DNA of 64,000 bases from a virus. Within the stretch, counting starts at the first letter, position 1, and each line of letters begins with the position of its first letter. The notes under the pieces were generated by a model, which saw only the letters and a list, made by a program, of their open reading frames with translations, did no database searches and had not been told where the DNA came from. The position numbers and the translations under genes were made by a program. Positions 10,576-20,870 of this stretch are shown piece by piece. The DNA is taken from positions 1 to 64,000 of the IMG/VR virus record IMGVR_UViG_3300010412_000412; one strand, written 5' to 3'.

Positions 10576-11184
10576 ATGAGTTTCTTTTTTAAACATTTTC
10601 CAAAAATTAATTATTCATTTATTAATGAAAAAAATAATAAAAAAAGAATAGTTACTAATATATTAACAGCTTTTTTTCTTCGTAAAATTGGTTTTAATAG
10701 AAGTTTAATTTTTCAATATTATACAATAAGAGATGATGATTCAATAGAAAGTTTAAGTAACAAATTATATAATACAACTATGTATTATTGGACATTATTA
10801 GTAGTAAATAATATCATAAATCCATATACAGAATGGTCAATGCCACAAACTGTATTAGAAAAATTTACAGAAAAAAAATATAAAAATGGAATACAAATAC
10901 AAAAAAAGGATAAAACATATTATACATTATCAAATAGTATTGGTTTATATGGTATAAATCATTTTTTTAATATAAAAACACAAAGAAAATGTGATGATGT
11001 AGATGAAATATATTATAGAGAAATGTGGAATAAATATAAAAAAATAAATATTGATTATATTATACCAATAACAAATTTTGAACATGAAAAAAATATTGAT
11101 ATAGAAAATCGTAAAATACAAATAGTAGGATCATATTATATATCAAATTTTCAAGAAGATTTTTCTAAAATGTTAAGGAAATAA
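10576..11184 (+). CDS. Baseplate wedge subunit (T4 gp53-like)
   Basis: FF..FPKI.Y; LysM-like 'ESLSNKLY...YYW.LL..NNI.NPY.EW'. Confidence 0.85.
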   Translation: MSFFFKHFPKINYSFINEKNNKKRIVTNILTAFFLRKIGFNRSLIFQYYTIRDDDSIESLSNKLYNTTMYYWTLLVVNNIINPYTEWSMPQTVLEKFTEKKYKNGIQIQKKDKTYYTLSNSIGLYGINHFFNIKTQRKCDDVDEIYYREMWNKYKKINIDYIIPITNFEHEKNIDIENRKIQIVGSYYISNFQEDFSKMLRK

Positions 11185-11185
11185 A

Positions 11186-12418
11186 ATGCGTGTAGAAAAT
11201 TCAGGCGCACATGGTGATATAAAAGTATTAGAAGTTATGTTGGATGAAAAAGATATTACTCTTTTTGTCAATATAATACAAATATTTCAAGATATTTTTA
11301 TACCTTGTTGGAGTATTAGTATTATTATAGAAGATTCGGCTAATATATTAATGACTATTCCTATCAGACCAGGTAGTAAATTAACTGTAAAAATTGAAAC
11401 ATCTGTAAATAGTGTATTAGATGGTGAAAAAACATTTGAATTTATCATATATAAAATAGGAGATAAAGTATCAAAAGGACAAATGCACTATCAATATACA
11501 TTATATGGTGCTAGTGAAAGTTTTATTAAAAATCAACAAATAAGAATCCAAAAAACTTATGCAAATAAAAAACCAGAAGAAGCAGTTGGTAATATTGTAC
11601 AAGAATTTTTAGGTGGGTCATTAAGTAATAGTGATAGAAGTGATATTAATTTTCATGTAATTATACCAAATTGGAATCCTTTTATTGCTTGTTGGTGGTA
11701 TGCTAAGGTAGCATTAAAAGAAAATAGAAGTGATTATGTTTTTTTTATGAAAGATAATAATCAATATTGGTTTAAAAGTATAGAAGTATTATATACAAAT
11801 GAAGATACAGGAATAACATTTAAACAATTACCAACTGGTTTTCGTAATGAAGCTGGTGATATTGAAGAAGATTATTGTATAATGATTAATAAATATGAAG
11901 TTTTTCATTTTGATAGTATGGCTAATCTTAGTACAGGTTTTTATGGTACAAAAGTAATGAGCTATGATGTTATAAATAAAAAATGGTCAAGTAAATCTTT
12001 TAATTATGGTGATGATTTAGAAGCAGATAAAGAAAAAAAATCATGGGATATATTTGATGGATCAGAAAATGCTAATATCAATTTTTTACCAAAACATCCT
12101 GGTATGCACTCTAATTCTACTATAAATGATCAAATTGATAATTGGCAACCTTCTCGTAAATCACGTTTAATGAAATTAGAACAAGATAAATTACAAATAC
12201 AATTTCCTGGTGGTGGAAAAGTATGGGATTTTTTAGGAAAAAAATGTAAAGTTGATTTACCAAGTAAACAAGATATAGAAGATGAAAAATTAGATAAATT
12301 TTTCAAAGGTGATTATTTAATATCTCATGTGCAATATTTTATTACACAAAATAATGTCGTTAATAATTTAGAATTAATAAAAATAAGACATGAACAAAAA
12401 ATGACATCAGGAGGATAA
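11186..12418 (+). CDS. Baseplate hub protein (gp27-like)
   Basis: Position between gp53 and gp5; IPNW.P motif; C-terminal G.YLIS.V. Confidence 0.65.
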   Translation: MRVENSGAHGDIKVLEVMLDEKDITLFVNIIQIFQDIFIPCWSISIIIEDSANILMTIPIRPGSKLTVKIETSVNSVLDGEKTFEFIIYKIGDKVSKGQMHYQYTLYGASESFIKNQQIRIQKTYANKKPEEAVGNIVQEFLGGSLSNSDRSDINFHVIIPNWNPFIACWWYAKVALKENRSDYVFFMKDNNQYWFKSIEVLYTNEDTGITFKQLPTGFRNEAGDIEEDYCIMINKYEVFHFDSMANLSTGFYGTKVMSYDVINKKWSSKSFNYGDDLEADKEKKSWDIFDGSENANINFLPKHPGMHSNSTINDQIDNWQPSRKSRLMKLEQDKLQIQFPGGGKVWDFLGKKCKVDLPSKQDIEDEKLDKFFKGDYLISHVQYFITQNNVVNNLELIKIRHEQKMTSGG

Positions 12419-12421
12419 ACA

Positions 12422-12601
12422 ATGTTTGATATTGATATATGGTTTAGAAATCAATTTACTTATCAAAATGAGTTTATTGAAGAACAAATTAAAAATGTTA
12501 TTAAAAAAAATCAAATTAAAGGTTTTATTAGAAACCATGAAAAACAACCAGTTTGTATTGATTTAGTTTATTTAGAAAAGGAAGAAATAGAAGATGAATA
12601 A
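12422..12601 (+). CDS. Small hypothetical protein (59 aa)
   Basis: GGAGGA SD, ATG at 12422, TAA overlapping gp5 start; below the ORF-track cutoff. Confidence 0.5.
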   Translation: MFDIDIWFRNQFTYQNEFIEEQIKNVIKKNQIKGFIRNHEKQPVCIDLVYLEKEEIEDE

Positions 12602-13566
12602 AATGAATACTGGTGCTTTCAGTATGGGTGATTTTGTTTGGTGGTATGGTTGTGTTGAAGACCGTATGGATCCAGAAAAATTAGGAAGATTAAAAATAAG
12701 AATATTTGGTTATCATACAGAAGATAAAGAAAAAATAAAAACAGAAGATTTAATGTGGGCTACAGTAATGCAACCAATAACGAGTTCTTTTTTCCGGTGG
12801 TATTGGTAATAGTCCAACAGGTATAGTAGAAGGAACATTTGTTGTTGGATTTTTTTTAGATGGTAATAATGCACAAAATCCAATAGTAATTGGTACAATT
12901 GGTGGTAAACCACATGAACGAAATAAAGAAAAAGGGTTCAATGACCCAAATGGTATATATACTCGTTATGAAATTGGTGAAGCAGATACTAATAGAATGG
13001 CTCGTGGTGAGAAAAAAGAAAAAACTCCAGCTAAATGGAGAGAAGAAAATATTGATATAGCACAAATAGCTTTTGGTGGTAAATTTGAAGAACCAAAAAC
13101 TCCTTATGCTCCTCAATATCCTTATAATCATGTACGTGAATCTGAACCAAAACCTGGTTCAGATGTTAAAGATAATGATCCGCCTGCTAATTGTGGACAT
13201 ATAGAAGAATGGGATGATACACCTGGTGCTGAACGTATTTATAAACAACATAAATCTGGTACTTTTTATGAAATACATCCTGATGGTAAAAAAGTTGAAA
13301 AAATAATCAATGATCGTTATATAATAATAGAAAAAAATGATCATCTTCATATTAAAGGTGAAGGACGTTGTTCAATTGATGGTAATATTAATGTTTTAGT
13401 ATCTGGTAATGCTTATATTGAAGTTCTTGGTGATTGTCAAGAATTTATACATGGTAATTATAATTTGCATATTGGTGGTAATTGGGATATACAAGTAGAT
13501 GGACATCTTTATGCTAATAGTGATTTACATTTGAAATTTAATTCTGAAAGAATTGATTTGAATTGA
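12594..13566 (+). CDS. Baseplate spike (T4 gp5-like, no lysozyme domain); needs +1 shift at CGG 12795
   Basis: VEDRMDP..LGR.K.R; after shift GGIGNSPTG.VEG, YPYNHV, E.DDTPG.ER; ~323 aa when joined. Confidence 0.9.
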
Positions 13567-13595
13567 AAATCTATTCAATTAACCATGTTTTTTGT

Positions 13596-13820
13596 TTAAC
13601 ATAATTTTATATTTGTATTACCAAATATTTTTTCTTCACCATAATCTGTTTGAATTATGAATGGTTTATCTTTTTGTATTAAATCATAATCTTTTTGTGT
13701 TAATGTATATTCAGTTTTTCCTTCTGGTCTATTTATTATAAATTTATCGCCAACTTTTAATTGTTTGATTTCTGTTTGTTTATTTTCTTTTTCAAGAATA
13801 AATTCGTTAAATGATTTCAT
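13596..13820 (-). CDS. Small protein with CTS-like N-terminus
   Basis: MKSFNEFILE; AAGGA SD. Confidence 0.6.
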   Translation of the reverse strand: MKSFNEFILEKENKQTEIKQLKVGDKFIINRPEGKTEYTLTQKDYDLIQKDKPFIIQTDYGEEKIFGNTNIKLC

Positions 13821-14288
13821 ATTGTTTTCCTTTTAGTTTTATTATATTTATTTATTTAAAAATTAAAGTAAAAAAGTAGAAAGTAAAAAAAAATGTTGAC
13901 ATTGAAAGGATAAAAAAATGTTTGGTAAAGGTAAAAACGTAAAAATTTTCAACACGTATTGCTTCTAAAGAAGCAACGAAAATTTGTCAATTTTTGTTAT
14001 ACCTTGTTTGAATTAAACATATTGATAAAAAAGTAAATGCCAAAAATAATTGAGCTAATACAAATGAATCTTAAAGAAAAAAAACCAAAACACTAAAAAC
14101 TTTTTGGATCACCAATTATTGAGACCAGATATTTTTTCACAAAGTCAATGGGTATATTAAAACAGGTACCAGATTTCTTTTGTAGATGGTTTAGAACATT
14201 TTTTACCATCCAAATATTATTGATCATGTCAATTAATGGTCAATATCTTTTAACCAAATCAGAAAAAGAAAATAAATAAAAAAAGTAA

Positions 14289-14317
14289 TTGACAATTTTA
14301 TAATTAATATGTATAAT
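14289..14317 (+). promoter_or_regulatory. Sigma70-type promoter
   Basis: TTGACA-17-TATAAT with extended TG. Confidence 0.75.
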
Positions 14318-14460
14318 AATATAGATGGTTCAGTTTTTGTTAATTCTGTTTTAAATTACACTGATAAATAAAATATAATGGATGAAGTTGATTCACTATA
14401 TTTTAGAATGGTTGAAATAAAAATAAATATAAAAGTAATTGTAAAAAAAGGATAAAAATT

Positions 14461-14817
14461 ATGGTAGCAACATTTGAAGAATTTTTAACAGAAAAAATTG
14501 GTGATTTTAGAAAAAATAAATTAAATTGGAATTTAAGTATAACAAAAGAAATTGTTGGTTATTTATTTGACATTATAATGGATGAAACAAATACTTTTAT
14601 TGATGATAAAGGTAATTTGAATATGTATGCTATAGAAAAAACATATGGTACTAATTATATAATTGATTTATTAAATTTTTTGCTTAAACATGATAAATAT
14701 AAAAATTGGTTTAAATATAAAGGAAAAAATAAATATCAATTCAATAAAAATATTTTAATTAATACAAATATTCAAAACATAATGGTACAAAATATAGCAG
14801 ATTTTAATTTAATTTAA
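14461..14817 (+). CDS. Hypothetical protein with CTS-like N-terminus
   Basis: MVATFEEFLTE; paralog at 43687. Confidence 0.65.
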   Translation: MVATFEEFLTEKIGDFRKNKLNWNLSITKEIVGYLFDIIMDETNTFIDDKGNLNMYAIEKTYGTNYIIDLLNFLLKHDKYKNWFKYKGKNKYQFNKNILINTNIQNIMVQNIADFNLI

Positions 14818-14820
14818 AAA

Positions 14821-14854
14821 AAAAAAAAGTTCATTTTTTAATGAACTTTTTTTT
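14821..14854. terminator. Bidirectional terminator
   Basis: AAAAAAAAGTTCATT..AATGAACTTTTTTTT between convergent genes. Confidence 0.65.
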
Positions 14855-14861
14855 GTTTATT

Positions 14862-15350
14862 TTATAATGATTGTATTTTTAAAGATTCATTATTTTTTCT
14901 TAATGTTATCTTTAATATACCATCTTTTAATGTAGGTGTATCTATTTTACCATAATTATCATTAGTTATTTTTAATATATGTCTGATATAAGATGTAGAA
15001 AACCCTTTATTAATCCATTCAACTTTTTCACCATCAATCAAATCATTATCACATTTATTAACATCATTATCACATTTATTATCAACATTCACATTAGAAT
15101 TTGAATTATTTTTATCACATTCAATAATAATAAATTGTCCTTTTCTTCTAACATCAATTTCATTTTCTTTAAAACCAACAACAATCAATTCAAAAACAAA
15201 ATCACCTTGTTTATTAATATATATATTATATGGTTGAAAATTATAATTATTCATTTTCATTTCTTTTTCATGTTTTTGTATTACATCATTGTAAATGTCA
15301 TCAATAAAATGTCTTAAATTAAAATTGTCACGAATGTCAGAATATTCCAT
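14862..15350 (-). CDS. Small heat-shock protein (Hsp20/IbpA-like)
   Basis: PYNI, EL.V.GF....I.V, KG, L.DGILKI. Confidence 0.8.
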   Translation of the reverse strand: MEYSDIRDNFNLRHFIDDIYNDVIQKHEKEMKMNNYNFQPYNIYINKQGDFVFELIVVGFKENEIDVRRKGQFIIIECDKNNSNSNVNVDNKCDNDVNKCDNDLIDGEKVEWINKGFSTSYIRHILKITNDNYGKIDTPTLKDGILKITLRKNNESLKIQSL

Positions 15351-15628
15351 TAGTATATTTCTCCTATGTTTAAATTTTTATTTTTTGTTTTTGTTAATAA
15401 AATTTTTTCTTTATTTATTTTTTTTAATCGTTTATCAATTAAATTAATACTGATATTTAATGCTTTTTCATAATCATCAAAAGCACAAAATCCATCATGT
15501 TCAAATCCATTTTTATTTATCCACCTATCATAACCATTTATATTTATTTTCCATTGTGTATTATTTTCTTGTAAAATATTTATTTTTGAAAGATTAAATG
15601 TAAACATATTTATCAAATAAATATTCAT
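15350..15628 (-). CDS. Hypothetical protein
   Basis: ORF within the operon. Confidence 0.5.
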   Translation of the reverse strand: MNIYLINMFTFNLSKINILQENNTQWKININGYDRWINKNGFEHDGFCAFDDYEKALNISINLIDKRLKKINKEKILLTKTKNKNLNIGEIY

Positions 15629-15658
15629 TTATTAAGCACTCCATCATAATTGTCAATA

Positions 15659-17548
15659 TTAAATCATACACCCATCTTTACCAGTACAAGCTAATTCTTG
15701 CATACTAGTAGTCATATCATCTTTTTCATAATTACCAATTTTATTAAAATCAATATCAGGCATATTATTAACAGCTTCTAAATATTTTTCTTCATTAATT
15801 TCTGTAAATGGTGCTTGTTTATAAATACCACCAGAATAAGGAAGAAAACTAATACCACCAATATCATTCCAATTATTAAAAACCCATGCACCAACAGACA
15901 TCCATTCATCAGGTCTAACATAAACTGTTATACTAACATTATGGTCTGTCCAATAATCTCTAAACATTTTATAATGTTCTAATTGTTCAATTGATGATCT
16001 ATCATTTCTCATTACACTATTTTTTGGTGATTTTTTAGGAAAACTAAAAATAGTAGTCGTATCTAATGCAGAAAGATCTGGTTCATTAGGAACATTTTGA
16101 TCTTTCATTAATTGTGTTAAAGGATCATTATTATCAGCTCTAACTGTTCTTATATAATATTCAGAAAATCTAGGATGTATACCAGATGATGAATTAACTA
16201 ATTCTGAAACTGTACCTGAAGGTTTAACTGTAGTGCAGGCTGCTGCTTGATTGATTCCTAATTTTTTAGCCCATTCTTTATTGGTATCAATACATACTTG
16301 TTTCATAGTTTTTAACATATTACGTGCTTCATCTATATTTTGTGATAATATAGGATGATCCATAATACCTGTTAAACTTACTCCTAATAATCGTTCTTCT
16401 TCTGCATTTTTTTGCCAAATTTTTCTTAAATATCTAAAATTAGTCAAAGTGCTTTGAAATGTACCAATAATAGTAGCAATTTTTATTTTTTGAATAAGTA
16501 TTTCTAATGTATCTTCTGGTCTTATAATAACTTCACTTAAATTACAAAAACCACAATTAGGCAATAATATTTCAGCACAAGGATTAGTCAATAATACAAA
16601 TTTAGGATCACGTCTACCTGATTCTTCTGCTTTTTTCTTAGCTGCAACTCTATTAAAAATACCACGTTCACCTGATTTACTTTCAATCAAACTCAACCAT
16701 TCTTTTAAAAATATTTCAATTTCTGGTTTTTCTGTATAAGCAGCACTATTATTTGCTAATTTACGTTGATCATTATCTGTCCACCATTCTCCTGTTTTAG
16801 CATTTCGCATTCTATCATCACTTAAATTGCTTAATGATATAGTTGCTGATCTTCTTACACCACCAACAACAACAATAGATGCTATTTTACAAACAATATC
16901 ATGACATTCTAAACTATTTAATTTTCTACCAGCAGCATTACGAAAAATAGGTATAATAAATTCAAATAAATCATTTAATGGTTCTGGTCCACTAGCTCTA
17001 CCACCAAATATTTTTAATCTTTCACCTTTACCTCTAATTTTCGATAAATCCCATTTAGGAACTTCACCAGCATATAATAAAGCAATTAATTGTCTTAATG
17101 CTTTAGCCCATCCTATTTTACTATCATGTACACTAATAACAGTATCTGCATCATTAAAATCTTCATTTATAATTGGTAATGAATTTATAAATTGTCTTTC
17201 AACACTAAAACCAACACCACAACCAACTAATAACAAATATAATATTTCATCAAAAGCTCTTGGTGTATCTATACAAATAGCAGAACAATTAAAACCAGCT
17301 GCGTTATCTCTTTCTAATGCTTTTCCTGCAGACATCAAACAACGCATACTAGGCATTACTTCTAAATTTAATATTGCATTACGAATCATTTCTTTTGGAT
17401 AAATTGATTCATTTGTTTCTGAAAAGAAATTTACATATCTATCAACAGTTTCTTCCCATACTTCTCGTCTTTTTAAATTTCTATCCCAACGTGCATATCT
17501 ACTTAAATGAATATATTCTTGATATTCATCCATTATTTTTTTTACCAT
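15659..17548 (-). CDS. nrdJ: Class II (B12-dependent) ribonucleotide reductase
   Basis: MPSMR, FNC, GVGFS, GGRASGP, TNPCAEI, TVKPSGT, C-terminal CxxxxC. Confidence 0.9.
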   Translation of the reverse strand: MVKKIMDEYQEYIHLSRYARWDRNLKRREVWEETVDRYVNFFSETNESIYPKEMIRNAILNLEVMPSMRCLMSAGKALERDNAAGFNCSAICIDTPRAFDEILYLLLVGCGVGFSVERQFINSLPIINEDFNDADTVISVHDSKIGWAKALRQLIALLYAGEVPKWDLSKIRGKGERLKIFGGRASGPEPLNDLFEFIIPIFRNAAGRKLNSLECHDIVCKIASIVVVGGVRRSATISLSNLSDDRMRNAKTGEWWTDNDQRKLANNSAAYTEKPEIEIFLKEWLSLIESKSGERGIFNRVAAKKKAEESGRRDPKFVLLTNPCAEILLPNCGFCNLSEVIIRPEDTLEILIQKIKIATIIGTFQSTLTNFRYLRKIWQKNAEEERLLGVSLTGIMDHPILSQNIDEARNMLKTMKQVCIDTNKEWAKKLGINQAAACTTVKPSGTVSELVNSSSGIHPRFSEYYIRTVRADNNDPLTQLMKDQNVPNEPDLSALDTTTIFSFPKKSPKNSVMRNDRSSIEQLEHYKMFRDYWTDHNVSITVYVRPDEWMSVGAWVFNNWNDIGGISFLPYSGGIYKQAPFTEINEEKYLEAVNNMPDIDFNKIGNYEKDDMTTSMQELACTGKDGCMI

Positions 17549-17551
17549 TTA

Positions 17552-19288
17552 TTAATTTATACCTTTTATTGTTGAATAACCATATTCATTCTTTTTAATC
17601 GTAATAGTCTCATCAAAATTATCAGCCCATTTTTGATTATCAGGTGAAATTGTTATTATTTTAATACCTGAATTTTTTAAATCATTAAAAAGATTTATTA
17701 CATTTTCAGTACCTATATTATCTAAACTAGCATCTAATATTTCATCAAATATGATAAAATTCACTGCCATATTATTTTGAAATTGACAAATATCACGCCA
17801 TGTCATCATTAATGCTAAATCTAATCTTATTTTTTCACCTTCGGAAAATGCCATATAAGTAACATCATTTACACCACGTGCTGTTAATTGTTCTTCAAAA
17901 TTTGAATTTAATTTGAATTTTACAAAAAGTCCTAATTTTTGTAAATATATATTCATTGTGTTAATTATTTTAGGTATATAACTTTTTATAATATTGCTTT
18001 TTATACCTGTATCTTTTAATATATTAGATAAAAATTTTAAATGTTCTAGTTCATTTATTGATATATTATATGATTTGTAAATTATATCATATTCATCTTT
18101 TTTTATTTTTAATTTTTTTTCATTTTCTTCTATTCTTTCTAATAAACTTGTATTATCAAAAGATTTTTGGTTTTTTAATTGTATTATTAATTTTTTAGTA
18201 TGATTTATTGATATTTGTAATTGTTGAATTGAATTATCTATATTATTGTTGTATTTTATTTTTTCTTTTTCTTTTTCTATTATAATATTAGTTTGTTGTA
18301 TAGTTTCTTTTAATGTATCATATTTTTCATTATATATATTTTTTTTATTTATTAATGATTGTATTTTTTCTTCTTTTGTATTATTATTTAATTCTATTTC
18401 ACAAGTAGGACAAATTGAATTATTTTGAAAAAAATATATTTTATTTTGTATTTCATTTATATTAATTTCAAATTTACTTTGAAAATCATATAATTTTTGT
18501 ATTTTTATTCTTAATTCATCAAGATCATAATCAATATTTTTTTTATGATTTGTTTTTATTATTATATCTTTTTCTTGTATTTCTATAGTATCAGTATATG
18601 ATTTTATTTGTTCATTTATATATTGTTCATGTTGTTTTTGCTGATTTATTTGTTCATTTTTGAAATCTAATATATGTTTATTTAACAATTCTATTTCTTT
18701 TTGATATAAATTTAATTTATTTTTTTCATTATCTATATTATCTTTAAGTATATTAATATTAATTTTATTTAATTCATTCATTGTACTAAAAACATTAAGA
18801 TTAAGTACATTATCAATGAAATTACGTCTTTCTGATAATTGCAATCTTAAAAATGCTATATAAGTAGCTTTACCTAATATCACAATTTGATTAAATGATT
18901 TATAATCAATTTTTAATATATTTTTTTCTAAATAATCTTGATAATCTTTAATATTAGAATTTTGATTTATTATTTTATTATTCTTATATATTTCAAAAAT
19001 TGCTGGTTTTAAACCTCGTTTTATATAATATTGATTTTCATTTGTTTTAAACCATATTTCAGCAATTAAATTGCTATTATTTTTATAATTAATCAATTCA
19101 TTTTTATTTATTTTTCTAAATGCTTTACCATATAATACAAAACATAAAGAATCTAATAAATATGCACTTTTTCCTGATCCATTTTTACCTCTAATTAATA
19201 CACTTTTATTATCATCAAACATAAATGTTGTATAATTATTTCCAAAAGATAAAAGATTTTTAAAACGTATTTTTTGAAATGTTATCAT
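17552..19288 (-). CDS. Recombination endonuclease ATPase subunit (gp46/SbcC-like)
   Basis: GKNGSGKS, CPTC zinc hook, FSEGEK signature, FDEILD. Confidence 0.93.
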   Translation of the reverse strand: MITFQKIRFKNLLSFGNNYTTFMFDDNKSVLIRGKNGSGKSAYLLDSLCFVLYGKAFRKINKNELINYKNNSNLIAEIWFKTNENQYYIKRGLKPAIFEIYKNNKIINQNSNIKDYQDYLEKNILKIDYKSFNQIVILGKATYIAFLRLQLSERRNFIDNVLNLNVFSTMNELNKININILKDNIDNEKNKLNLYQKEIELLNKHILDFKNEQINQQKQHEQYINEQIKSYTDTIEIQEKDIIIKTNHKKNIDYDLDELRIKIQKLYDFQSKFEININEIQNKIYFFQNNSICPTCEIELNNNTKEEKIQSLINKKNIYNEKYDTLKETIQQTNIIIEKEKEKIKYNNNIDNSIQQLQISINHTKKLIIQLKNQKSFDNTSLLERIEENEKKLKIKKDEYDIIYKSYNISINELEHLKFLSNILKDTGIKSNIIKSYIPKIINTMNIYLQKLGLFVKFKLNSNFEEQLTARGVNDVTYMAFSEGEKIRLDLALMMTWRDICQFQNNMAVNFIIFDEILDASLDNIGTENVINLFNDLKNSGIKIITISPDNQKWADNFDETITIKKNEYGYSTIKGIN

Positions 19289-20373
19289 CTTGATTGTTCA
19301 TTAAGTTCGTTAGCAGATATATATAAATCTTTTATTAGTATATTTAATTTTTGTTTATCTAATTTGTAACTAATATTTAAATCTTTTATATAAGTCATTA
19401 TGATTTCTGGTATATTAGTGATGTTTTCACATATTTCAACCATATTTGCATCTTCATATATAGTTTCTTCTACTATTTCTACTAAATAACATATTTTTTG
19501 TAATTTTTCTATCAATATATTTAATTTTGTATAATTTTTCGTATTTGGTATATCAATTATGATTTTTAAAATACAATTTTTATATTTTTCATAATTGATT
19601 TGTATATCATTTATATTAAAATTATCATTATATATTAAAATTTGATAAATATCAATAGGATTAGGTATGAAAGTTAATAAATTAGTTGATAAATCAAATA
19701 TATGAAAACCTTTTTTATAACCATATTCATCCCAACGTGTTTGATAAGGATTACCCATATAATAAATATTTTTATTTGATGCACGTATATGAAAATGACC
19801 AGAAAATACACGATCAAATTTTTCAAAAATATTAGGGGATAAACCATCTTTACATAATAATCCTTTCATCATTTCAAAATCATTAATATCAAAATGTCCA
19901 CATAATATTGGTACATTTATTTTTTCTATCCAATTTAAATATTCTGATTTTTTATCTATTGGTATCCAATTAATAAATCCTATTTTTTGTTCTGAATATT
20001 CTATGATTTCATAATCATTTATTAATTTGATATAAGGTGATATTATTATTGATGTTTTTAAATTATCTATAATATTAGTGTTTTTATAATAAATATCATG
20101 ATTACCACTAATGCAAATAACATTTATTTTTTTATTTACAAATTCTTTAAATAAAGTATTAACATATTTTAATATTTGAAAGTTAATTTGTTTTCTATTA
20201 TCAAAAATATCACCTAACATCCAAACATTATTTATTTTATTTTTTTCTATATATGGAAAAAAAGTATCATTAAAAAATTCTTTCATTTTATCAAAGAAAA
20301 AAGAACTATTATTACGAACACCAAAATGTAAATCTGATAATATTGCTATTTTTGTCATTTTTTTTATTTTCAA
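19285..20373 (-). CDS. Recombination endonuclease nuclease subunit (gp47/SbcD-like)
   Basis: SDLHFG, GDIFD, GNHD, SGHFH. Confidence 0.93.
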   Translation of the reverse strand: MKIKKMTKIAILSDLHFGVRNNSSFFFDKMKEFFNDTFFPYIEKNKINNVWMLGDIFDNRKQINFQILKYVNTLFKEFVNKKINVICISGNHDIYYKNTNIIDNLKTSIIISPYIKLINDYEIIEYSEQKIGFINWIPIDKKSEYLNWIEKINVPILCGHFDINDFEMMKGLLCKDGLSPNIFEKFDRVFSGHFHIRASNKNIYYMGNPYQTRWDEYGYKKGFHIFDLSTNLLTFIPNPIDIYQILIYNDNFNINDIQINYEKYKNCILKIIIDIPNTKNYTKLNILIEKLQKICYLVEIVEETIYEDANMVEICENITNIPEIIMTYIKDLNISYKLDKQKLNILIKDLYISANELNEQSR

Positions 20374-20864
20374 TAATTATTATTATAATCAAAATTACCA
20401 TGTATTTGATCATTTGTTATATCATCTTCATAATAAGGATGTTCTGGTTTATGAAATAATTCTGTATTTATTAATAATTTATCTCTTAATTTTTCTTGTT
20501 GTTTTTCTTTATTCATTTGATATAAAAAAGCATTCCATATTACTTGAGTAAAAAAACCATAAGGATTGGGTTGTTTATTTTTTTGATCTTTTCTTTTTTC
20601 TATGGATATATTAGGATTATATTTTTTAACTGCTTTTATTGCAATTACAATAGCTTCACTAATAAATTCATCTTTATATGTATAATTTGCAAAATTATAT
20701 CTTGTACTTATTTTTTGACACATTAATAAAAGCATTTCTCCTATTTCATTTGAAATAGGATAATTAGGATTTTCTAATCTTTTATAATAATAGTCATTCA
20801 TTACTTTAATAAATCGTTTGGGATCTATATAATAATTATTTTTTTCTTTTTTATTTTTTTCCAT
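20370..20864 (-). CDS. Late-transcription sigma factor (gp55-like)
   Basis: NF.NYTY.DE.I.EA, NPYGFFTQ..WNAF. Confidence 0.88.
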   Translation of the reverse strand: MEKNKKEKNNYYIDPKRFIKVMNDYYYKRLENPNYPISNEIGEMLLLMCQKISTRYNFANYTYKDEFISEAIVIAIKAVKKYNPNISIEKRKDQKNKQPNPYGFFTQVIWNAFLYQMNKEKQQEKLRDKLLINTELFHKPEHPYYEDDITNDQIHGNFDYNNNY

Positions 20865-20870
20865 TTTTTT

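Noticed and set aside
13860-14280. Gene or tRNA in the intergenic stretch
   Set aside because: Only short interrupted frames and no cloverleaf or T-loop motif recognised; possibly a decayed gene
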